This document shows, one piece after another, positions 18,516 through 26,527 of a DNA stretch of 44,208 nt (the first letter of the stretch is position 1; every line of letters begins with the position of its first letter). Origin of the DNA: a virus (taxonomy: Duplodnaviria > Caudoviricetes). The translations under genes and the position numbers were made by a program. Below the pieces are notes generated by a model. The model saw only the letters and a program-made list of their open reading frames with translations. It was not told where the DNA came from and ran no database searches. The stretch is from positions 1 to 44,208 of IMG/VR virus record IMGVR_UViG_3300043707_000036, one strand, 5' to 3'.

Positions 18516-19229
18516 ATGTCTGGTCTACTAGGTAGTATCGGGACCTTCCTTGGTAACAATGTAGGTTGGCTTGCCCCCACCGCAGTGGCTGGTGGAGGTC
18601 TGCTTGCCAACTACCTCCAGCAGAAGCAATACCAGGACCAGCTCAACCGTTACAACGCCGAGCAGCAATTTGCCTTCAACCTAGCCAAGAATCCCCAGGC
18701 TGCCGAGCAATATGTCGCCGGTTACACCCGTCCCATCTCAGCAGGCTTGACTGCAGACATCACCAACGAAGTTCAGGCCAACTTGGGAGAACGTGGTCTG
18801 ACTCTCTCCGGCCCGATCTGGGCCGCGACTCTAGCCCAGGCTCTGGCCCCCGCTTACCAACAAGAACAACAGCTGGGTGCCACCACCGCCGAGAACATGC
18901 TGCGGCTGGGCACCGGCATGGCCCAACCTGAGCAACCCCATCCTTACAACATCTCCGGCTCCTTGGCTGCACTGATGGATAGGTACGGTGCCCGAGGTCC
19001 CGGCACCTCTGGAGGTGGAAGCGATCCAACCCAAGATCCATTTGGTGGTCCTCCCTTCAATCCTGCTGATGTCATCTCTCTTGATCCTAGTGGTGCTCCC
19101 ATCTGGAATGGTTATCCCATAGGAGGAGGGGGAGAGTCTCCTGACTGGACTTCAATCATGGGTGGCTTCACTCCCAGCATCCCCAGTTTTGACATGCCCG
19201 TTATGGGTGGAGGAATAGGAATCAGCTAA
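18516..19229 (+). CDS. Ejection/internal virion protein (putative)
   Basis: Gly-rich hydrophobic N-terminus, Gln-rich helix, LGERGL. Confidence 0.7.
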   Translation: MSGLLGSIGTFLGNNVGWLAPTAVAGGGLLANYLQQKQYQDQLNRYNAEQQFAFNLAKNPQAAEQYVAGYTRPISAGLTADITNEVQANLGERGLTLSGPIWAATLAQALAPAYQQEQQLGATTAENMLRLGTGMAQPEQPHPYNISGSLAALMDRYGARGPGTSGGGSDPTQDPFGGPPFNPADVISLDPSGAPIWNGYPIGGGGESPDWTSIMGGFTPSIPSFDMPVMGGGIGIS

Positions 19230-20347
19230 TGGCAGCCTTCGCTGGAGCACTCGGTTCCCTGGCAGAAAGCTATGGCCTGGCACGCGAACAGGTGATGGAG
19301 GAACGCCGCCAAGCAGCACTGACTCGCCTGGATGAAGAGCGCATGCGCCAGGAGCAGGTGCGCACCCAGTTCGAGCGAGAACGCCTGCAGATGGAACGAG
19401 ACCTGGCCAACCGTCCCATGTTCCTTGGCCAACCCTACAGCAGAGGAGGTAAGCGATACATCCAGCAATGGAGTCCTCAGGAGGGCAAGCTGGGTGAAGT
19501 AGAACTGGGTGAGGAGGAGAGTGCCCTGCAAAAGTATGTACGTGAGCGTACTGCGGCGGGCTATGGAAAGCCTACTGAGGAGCAAATAGAGACGGAGTTC
19601 TACAAGGTAAAGCCCGGCACTACGACAGCAGCCACCACTTCGGAAGATGAGATCAATGCTTATTACTGGCACTACGCAGGACTGGTGCCTACTGGAGAGA
19701 AGGCACAGGCGGGAGCGAAGCGAGTGATGCTGGCCAAAGGGTGGGGTCCTGGCCGTAAGCCCACTGGCATGGAACAACGCACCATAGAGCAGACCAAGGT
19801 GGCGGAAGATCTTACCCGACAGCTTCGCAAATTCATTGAGGACAACAAACTGACTGAGAGTGACAGCTGGGGAACGCTTGCACGTAGATACTTAGTAAGT
19901 GGAGAGTATCTAGCAGGACGCAAACCGCAGAATCCAATAGATGAGCAACTGACATTAGTATCCTCTGCTGTAAGTTACCTGGGAACGTTACCCTATATGC
20001 AGGGTGGTCGAGGTAAGGCCTACATGGAAGTGATAGGTCAACACATGCCTCATATGCGGGACACTCCTGCCAACATGTACTCCAAGTCCAAACAGATGTT
20101 GCAGATCCTCGACAAAATTAAGAAGGATGTCAGTACTCGGGGAGAGGAGTGGACTCCAGGTGCCCCAGGTAGTATGGAACCTCCAGCCATGGAAGAGGCT
20201 CCTGGAGGTGGAGGTGAACTAGTTTTTCCAGCAATCACCATTCCTCCTGAAGGAGGTGCGGCACCCCAAGGGCGTCAGACCGTAGCTCCACCAAGCCGCA
20301 TGCCCATCATCCACTTTAACGAAGACGGAAGCATGGAGATCCGCTGA
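19229..20347 (+). CDS. Ejection/internal virion protein (putative)
   Basis: AFAGALGSLA N-terminus plus coiled coil; coupled. Confidence 0.65.
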   Translation: MAAFAGALGSLAESYGLAREQVMEERRQAALTRLDEERMRQEQVRTQFERERLQMERDLANRPMFLGQPYSRGGKRYIQQWSPQEGKLGEVELGEEESALQKYVRERTAAGYGKPTEEQIETEFYKVKPGTTTAATTSEDEINAYYWHYAGLVPTGEKAQAGAKRVMLAKGWGPGRKPTGMEQRTIEQTKVAEDLTRQLRKFIEDNKLTESDSWGTLARRYLVSGEYLAGRKPQNPIDEQLTLVSSAVSYLGTLPYMQGGRGKAYMEVIGQHMPHMRDTPANMYSKSKQMLQILDKIKKDVSTRGEEWTPGAPGSMEPPAMEEAPGGGGELVFPAITIPPEGGAAPQGRQTVAPPSRMPIIHFNEDGSMEIR

Positions 20348-22183
20348 GTGGCTGACACCTCCAATCCGTTTGCTCAGTACACTCCAGAGCAGCAGGCCTA
20401 TCTTCGTCAACAGCTTGTGAGCATGCTGCGCTCCGGTAAACTTAATCCCGCTCAGCAGCGTACTGCCATGGGAGCCTTCTACCGCTCTAGTCCTCAGGCT
20501 GGCAAATCCACCAATCGACTAATCTTCGGAGAGTCTCCTTATATGGCTGGGGCCCGTAACCTGGGACGTGGTGTGTGGGATATAGCCAGGGGAACAGTGG
20601 GAACCTTCGATCCTCGTGCCCGGACTCCCAGGGAGCAGGAGATCATGCAGAAGGAAGGTGGCATCCTTCAACTTGCTCCCACCCGCGCCCTCGAAAGTCT
20701 CTGGGGAGGTCTCAGAGGACTTCCCCGTGTCCCCAGTGCTCTAGGTGACATCTTCTTCCGCTCAGTTGAACCCGACGTTCCAGGAGGCCCTCTACGCACC
20801 GCTGGGCTGAAGGCAGCCCTGACGGAGGCTCCTCGTCTGGCTGGTCAACTAGGAGGAGCAGAGCTGCTGGCCAGAGGTCCTGAATTGGCCTCCAAAGCAG
20901 TCCCCACCAGCACTCGAGCAGGTCGAGGCTTCGACTACGTAGAAGGCCAAATAGGCCGTTATCCTTCCCTTTTCCGCAACTCTACCATCAACTCTGCGGT
21001 TGATGCTCTACATCGCATGTCGACTGGAGTAGAATCTGGCAAACTTGGGACCCTCCTGCGTAACTTCCTCAACGAGGGCTACTACTCTCCCAACGGCATC
21101 AGCTTCAAACGTGCCCGTGACTACCGCAGTGACGTGAACTCAGTCCTCTTCGACCGGGAGGCCACCAGTGAGGTTAAGAACTTAGCCAGCAAGTTTGCTG
21201 ATGCTCTAGCTAAGGATCTGAGTACCACAACTCGCTATTACGGTGGGGAACGTCTGCAACGCATCTACGACGCTTCCAATCGTGAATATTCGCTGGCCGA
21301 TAAGTACAGGAAGGCTGCTGGATTTGCAGGCAGGATCATGGGTCCAGTCATTGGTGGAGGTATAGGTTACCAAATTGGGCGGATGCCTGGAGAGTTGGTT
21401 GGAGCTGGTCTGGGAGGTATGGGAGCAGGTCTGAGCTATGCAGGTGAACGTCTGGGCTGGTTTGGCGGCCCCCCAATTGGAAGCAGGTTGGCCGACATAG
21501 CACTGAGACGGGGAGCTGGACGCAGTCTGCCTGGAGTCCCAGGCCGGATAACTCCTTACCTGCGTCCACTAACCTATGGATCTGCCGCTGTAGGAGCAGG
21601 GGCAGGGGCTCCAGGATTCCGCATCCCAGCTCCTCTGGTAGGTCCCGACCAGAAGAGAGCCAGGCTCTCGCCGGAGGAACTCAACCAACTAGTCAACCAA
21701 GCTGCTGCCTCCACTGGCCTCGATCCCCGTATGGTCAGCAGCATAATGGGCATAGAAGATCCCAAGGGTGATCCCATGGCAGTGTCTCCTAAGGGAGCCA
21801 TGGGCTACATGCAGCTGATGCCTGGAACGGCCAAGGGCTTAGGTGTCACCGATCCCTTCGATCCCCGGCAGAACATCCCAGGAGGCGCTCGTTACTTCCG
21901 CCAGATGCTCGACCGCTACCACGGCAACATGGCTCTTGCCCTGGCTGCTTACAACGCCGGTCCAGGCGAAGTAGACAAGTATGGAGGCATTCCGCCAAAG
22001 GCTTTGCCCTATGTTCGGGCTGTGATCTCTCGTTACCTCAATCAACCTAGACAAGCTCAAGCTCTGCCTCCGGCACCAGAAGAGGTACCACCTCCGACTC
22101 CGGCCCCGGCCACAAGGCAGCTCCACGCCTTCGGCATTCCCGGACAGCCTCCACCACCAGGAAACTATGCCGTATCAGAGTAA
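20348..22183 (+). CDS. Ejection protein with C-terminal lytic transglycosylase (SLT) domain
   Basis: IMGIE...AVSPKGAMGYMQLMPGTA...DPRQNI.GGARY...ALAAYNAGPG. Confidence 0.9.
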   Translation: MADTSNPFAQYTPEQQAYLRQQLVSMLRSGKLNPAQQRTAMGAFYRSSPQAGKSTNRLIFGESPYMAGARNLGRGVWDIARGTVGTFDPRARTPREQEIMQKEGGILQLAPTRALESLWGGLRGLPRVPSALGDIFFRSVEPDVPGGPLRTAGLKAALTEAPRLAGQLGGAELLARGPELASKAVPTSTRAGRGFDYVEGQIGRYPSLFRNSTINSAVDALHRMSTGVESGKLGTLLRNFLNEGYYSPNGISFKRARDYRSDVNSVLFDREATSEVKNLASKFADALAKDLSTTTRYYGGERLQRIYDASNREYSLADKYRKAAGFAGRIMGPVIGGGIGYQIGRMPGELVGAGLGGMGAGLSYAGERLGWFGGPPIGSRLADIALRRGAGRSLPGVPGRITPYLRPLTYGSAAVGAGAGAPGFRIPAPLVGPDQKRARLSPEELNQLVNQAAASTGLDPRMVSSIMGIEDPKGDPMAVSPKGAMGYMQLMPGTAKGLGVTDPFDPRQNIPGGARYFRQMLDRYHGNMALALAAYNAGPGEVDKYGGIPPKALPYVRAVISRYLNQPRQAQALPPAPEEVPPPTPAPATRQLHAFGIPGQPPPPGNYAVSE

Positions 22184-22391
22184 AGCTCAGCAACGACTGT
22201 TCTTTGCCAAGGAGGCCAGGGGAGAGCTGCCTGCGGGCACCGCCGAGAGGTGGGCCCACGAAACTCCCAACCTTAAACGTCTCCCCCAGCACAAGAGGGG
22301 GAAGAAAGGAGGTCGCATGGCACGTAGAGGACGTAGACGAAAAGTATTAGTCCCTGCATCGCGTAGAGCTGCCAGAGCGCGACGGAGGTAG
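22167..22391 (+). CDS. Basic protein (MP.xSKAQ family) with possible in-frame internal start at 22317
   Basis: MPYQSKAQQRLFFA...; AGGAGG before internal ATG giving MARRGRRRKVLVPASRRAARARRR. Confidence 0.7.
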   Translation: MPYQSKAQQRLFFAKEARGELPAGTAERWAHETPNLKRLPQHKRGKKGGRMARRGRRRKVLVPASRRAARARRR

Positions 22392-22393
22392 GT

Positions 22394-22606
22394 ATGGCCA
22401 AGAAGAAACGGTCCCGCAAGTTCATCCAGAAAGCTGTCGCCCGGATGGAGGAGAAGGGAACTGTCGGAGCATTTGGAGCAGCCACTCCCAAGAAGATTGC
22501 CAGGGCTAAGGCCAAGGGAGGCCTCCAGGCCAAGCGTGCTATCTTCGCGGAGAACATGCGCAAAATTGCCCGGCGTAGGAAGCGTCGTGGTGGAGGTAGA
22601 CGGTGA
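22394..22606 (+). CDS. Lys/Arg-rich basic protein
   Basis: KFIQKA...GA...KKIARA..KGG..AKRA.FAEN; GGAGGT RBS. Confidence 0.75.
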   Translation: MAKKKRSRKFIQKAVARMEEKGTVGAFGAATPKKIARAKAKGGLQAKRAIFAENMRKIARRRKRRGGGRR

Positions 22607-25600
22607 GATGGTTGACGAATCTAGTCTTCGCCCTGCTGCTCCTGTCCGGGGCAGCCCTCGGCCAGGCCCACACCACAGTTTCAGGCGTAGTCAGGGACTC
22701 GGTGGGCAACACCTACACCAACTGCACCTACAACGTTAACTTCATAGGTCAGTCCACCGAGCCCGGCCCCTACCTGTTCCAGGGCAGCGTCTTCCAGCAG
22801 AACTTTGCTGGCATCCGCTGTGACGGAATGGGCAACTTCTCCATCCGTCTGCCCGCCAACAACGCCATCTTCCCCCAGCCCTCGGGCTGGGCATTCCACT
22901 TCTGCGATCAGAGTGGCCGCTACTGTAACTCCCTGAACTCCCTCGTCCTCACCATCGCAGGTTCTACTCAAGACATCTCCACTCAAATCACTGCTGTCAT
23001 GCCCACCCTAGCAGGTGGAGCAGGTGGCTGGAACCCACCCCTTGCACCTGGCGGCACTATCTTCGGCAACAATACTCTGTCTCAAACTATTCCCCACTTC
23101 TTCACTCCTGGCGGTGACGTCAGCTTCAGCAGCGGCAACTTCTGGGTCAACTCCCTGCACTTCGGCACCAACAACCTATTCCTGCAGAACACCGGCCTCC
23201 TCCAGGGAAACTGCCTGCAGGTCAGCGGCACAAACATAGTAGGGGGAACTTGCGGCGTTCCTGGAGTCACCAGCTTCGCAGGCAGAACAGGCCCTGTGAT
23301 CCCACAGGCTTCAGACTACGCCGAATTCTTTGCCCCTGTTGGTGCCGCAGCCGTCCACTCAGTTTTTGGCAGGACCGGAGACATAACTGCCCAGGCAGGT
23401 GACTATACCGTCTCCCAGATCACAGGCGCAGCTCCCCTGGTAGGTCCGGCATTCACTGGTGTTCCCACGGCCCCTACAGCAGGTGCGGGCACCAACACCA
23501 CTCAACTCGCTACCACAGCTTTTGTCATCGCTAACCGGGGAGCCCTCCTGGCCAGCCCCGCATTCACCGGAACACCCACGGCCCCCACCGCTCCCCTAGG
23601 CACCAACACTACTCAACTCGCCACCACAGCCTTTGTCCTGGCCAACCAATCTCCTGGAGGCGTCACCAGCTTCAACACCCGCACCGGAGCCATCACTCCA
23701 GAAGCCTCCGACTACAGCACCTTCTTCGCTCCCATCAGTATCAACGGAACACTCACCAACTTATCCGTAAGCGGCCTGTCACCTCTCTTCACAACCAACG
23801 TTGCCACCGCCACCACCACCCCTTCGGTCACATTCACCATGACTCAAGCTCCGGCAGGCACGATGTTGGGCAACAGCGGATCGACTGCTGCAACTCCCAA
23901 CTGGATCTCGATCCCGCAGAGTGGCGTGACTTCCGTCTTCACCCGCACCGGCCAGGTTGCCGCCCAATCCGGTGACTATGCCGCCTTCTATCCTCCCATC
24001 AACAACGCCCATCTCACCGGGACGCCAACTGCTCCCACAGTCGGGACGGGAGACAGTTCAACCTCTATTGCCACTACGGCATGGGTTCGTGCTCAAGGCT
24101 TCACCACTCCAACCGGAGGAGGCAACGCCACCGGCCTGATCTTCCCCGGCACTCCCGAAACCATCATCCCCATCGGAACTCCAGCTCCAACCGCAGGTCA
24201 AGTCCTAACCTTCAACGGCACCTCCATAGTTGGAGGCTCACCCAGTGCCGTGCCAGTCTCATCAGTCTTCGGACGCACCGGAAGCATCACCGCCAACTCA
24301 GCCGACTACGCCTCCTACTACCTTCCCATCACCAACGCGGCCATGCTGGGCAACCCCACCGCTCCCACTCCAGCCACCGCCGACAACTCAACCTCAATTG
24401 CCACCACCGCGTGGGTCATGTCGAAAAACTTTGGCACTGGCAACGTGGCTTCTGTCTTCGGACGCTCAGGATCTGTCACAGCAGACGCCGCCGACTATGC
24501 CGCCTTCTACGCCCCCATCACCTCACCCAACTTTCTCGGCACTCCTACTGCCCCCACAGCTGCCACCACAGCCAACTCAACTCAACTAGCTACTACTGCC
24601 TTCGTCAAATCCCTGGGCTACGCACCCCTGGCCTCGCCAACCTTCACCGGCACTCCTAACGTTCCCGCTCCAGCCATCACTGACGCCCCCTCTCAACGCA
24701 TTGCCAACACGAATTATGTTCAGCAATACGTGGCAGCTAACCGAGGAATAGGTGGTACAGGCACTGCTGGCATCATCCCCATATTCACCGCTGCCAGTAC
24801 TTTGGGGAATTCACATCTCGATGATGACGGGGCTATGTTAACTTACGGCGGCACAGATGGTATATCTGTTGGAGGAGGTGTTTCGACAGCTACGTTGAGG
24901 CCTTGGCCTGCCGGAGCAGCAGGAGTTAACACTACCACACCTCCAGCCGCTGATAATTCAACTCTCATTGCTACTACAGCCTGGGTTAGGACGTCGGCGT
25001 TCACCTCTCCTGCGTTTACAGGTACGCCCACAGCACCAACAGCCCCCACCACCACCAACACTACTCAACTAGCAACCACCGCCTTCGTGCGAGCCCAACT
25101 AGCCAGTCCACCCTTCACCGGAACTCCAACCGCTCCCACCGCAGCTCCAGGCACCAACACTACTCAGCTGGCAACCACCGCCTTCGTGATGGCCAATCGA
25201 GGAGTAACAGGTACAGGTAGCAACGGCTTCATTCCCAAATTTACCGCTCCAAATCCTTCCAGCACCCTGGCGATTTCGCAGCTTGATGATGATGGGACCT
25301 ACTTAACGTATGGTGGCACGGGAGGAATAATCTCTGCCGGTCCAGTAATGACTCCCTCGATACAATCCTCCACCGGCACTTCAACCACCACCATTGATCC
25401 ACCCCTCGATGACCGTTCCAACAAAGTCCCTACCACGAACTGGGTCAGAGATCAGATAGCTCCTCCCATCCCCATCCCCCTCGTACCTTCTCAACCTATG
25501 ATGTGTGCTGAGACACCGAGCGGGGGCGCTACTTCTATAGTCTTCCCCTTTCATGCAGCAGCTGGGGATACGATTGTGATCTTTACGGCAACCAATGCTG

Positions 25601-26526
25601 CGACTATTTTCATACCAAGCGACACCGCAGGCAACATCTACGAAGGCGTGATGCTTAGCTTGGGAGCCATCACCAACAACCCCACACGTCAGGTGTTCTA
25701 CTCCGATCCTCCGGGCTCGGCTCAGCCAACTAATTCAGTCACCGTAGTTGGCGCTAGCCAAGGGACCATCACGGGTGCGGCGTGTGTGGTTTCGTACCAA
25801 GGAGTATCAGCAATCGGTAACTGGCATGATGTCAACCCCACCACCTCCTCCACCACAGCCAGTCTCGGCGTAACTCTGCAAGAGCCAACCAACGTCATGC
25901 TTGGTATGTTTTCTAGCCGGGCACAGATTGGTGCAGGCGCAACTATGAGTCCCGGAACCCAACTGGGGACGGGAGCTATAACTGGTGGTTCAAATCCGCT
26001 CAGTTTTAGAATGTGCGGCTACACCGCGACAGCCGCTGGGGCCGCAACCTGCGGACTGGGAAACTTGGGAGCCTCGATGCAAGTAGCCACCAACGCCGTG
26101 GAGTTGAGGTCGAATGCTGTAATCAGGCCCCCCGCAGCCCTGCCCAGGCTGGTAGCTTTCAGGAAGCTGGTAGTCTACGAGCCAGGCTTACCAGTATCCG
26201 ATATATGTGCAATAACCTACTGTCAAGAGGGTCTTTACCGTATAAGCGTATCGTTCCACGCGACCCATTACGGGAACTGTGTTGGCGGAACAATCATGCC
26301 CAAAGTCACATATACAGACGATGAGACAACCAGGACGGTCAACCTCTTCTCTTCCCCTTTAGACATCACTTCCAATACCCTGAATAAAGACCAATCCCAG
26401 TATGTATTCTCAGTGAATGGCACCGTCCCTGTGAGGTTTTCTGTAACCAGCACACCATGTACGAATACAACCCAAAACCCATTGGCTAACACTTATGGGT
26501 TTATGTCTCTAGAAAGGCTGTTCTAA
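22603..26526 (+). CDS. Tail-fibre-repeat protein with N-terminal signal peptide
   Basis: About 10 TGTPTAPT...TTQLATTAFV repeats, 6 SVFGRTG...A..DY repeats; N-terminus MRWLTNLVFALLLLSGAALG-Q. Confidence 0.85.
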   Translation: MRWLTNLVFALLLLSGAALGQAHTTVSGVVRDSVGNTYTNCTYNVNFIGQSTEPGPYLFQGSVFQQNFAGIRCDGMGNFSIRLPANNAIFPQPSGWAFHFCDQSGRYCNSLNSLVLTIAGSTQDISTQITAVMPTLAGGAGGWNPPLAPGGTIFGNNTLSQTIPHFFTPGGDVSFSSGNFWVNSLHFGTNNLFLQNTGLLQGNCLQVSGTNIVGGTCGVPGVTSFAGRTGPVIPQASDYAEFFAPVGAAAVHSVFGRTGDITAQAGDYTVSQITGAAPLVGPAFTGVPTAPTAGAGTNTTQLATTAFVIANRGALLASPAFTGTPTAPTAPLGTNTTQLATTAFVLANQSPGGVTSFNTRTGAITPEASDYSTFFAPISINGTLTNLSVSGLSPLFTTNVATATTTPSVTFTMTQAPAGTMLGNSGSTAATPNWISIPQSGVTSVFTRTGQVAAQSGDYAAFYPPINNAHLTGTPTAPTVGTGDSSTSIATTAWVRAQGFTTPTGGGNATGLIFPGTPETIIPIGTPAPTAGQVLTFNGTSIVGGSPSAVPVSSVFGRTGSITANSADYASYYLPITNAAMLGNPTAPTPATADNSTSIATTAWVMSKNFGTGNVASVFGRSGSVTADAADYAAFYAPITSPNFLGTPTAPTAATTANSTQLATTAFVKSLGYAPLASPTFTGTPNVPAPAITDAPSQRIANTNYVQQYVAANRGIGGTGTAGIIPIFTAASTLGNSHLDDDGAMLTYGGTDGISVGGGVSTATLRPWPAGAAGVNTTTPPAADNSTLIATTAWVRTSAFTSPAFTGTPTAPTAPTTTNTTQLATTAFVRAQLASPPFTGTPTAPTAAPGTNTTQLATTAFVMANRGVTGTGSNGFIPKFTAPNPSSTLAISQLDDDGTYLTYGGTGGIISAGPVMTPSIQSSTGTSTTTIDPPLDDRSNKVPTTNWVRDQIAPPIPIPLVPSQPMMCAETPSGGATSIVFPFHAAAGDTIVIFTATNAATIFIPSDTAGNIYEGVMLSLGAITNNPTRQVFYSDPPGSAQPTNSVTVVGASQGTITGAACVVSYQGVSAIGNWHDVNPTTSSTTASLGVTLQEPTNVMLGMFSSRAQIGAGATMSPGTQLGTGAITGGSNPLSFRMCGYTATAAGAATCGLGNLGASMQVATNAVELRSNAVIRPPAALPRLVAFRKLVVYEPGLPVSDICAITYCQEGLYRISVSFHATHYGNCVGGTIMPKVTYTDDETTRTVNLFSSPLDITSNTLNKDQSQYVFSVNGTVPVRFSVTSTPCTNTTQNPLANTYGFMSLERLF
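23260..25450 (+). repeat. Intragenic tail-fibre repeats (approximate bounds)
   Basis: Recurrent accaacac(c/t)actca(a/g)ct.gc.accac.gc DNA repeats and their protein repeats. Confidence 0.85.
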
Positions 26527-26527
26527 C

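Noticed and set aside
23260-25450. Repeats as CRISPR array or DGR template/variable repeats
   Set aside because: In-frame degenerate protein repeats; no cas or reverse transcriptase gene; no adenine-specific mismatch pattern seen
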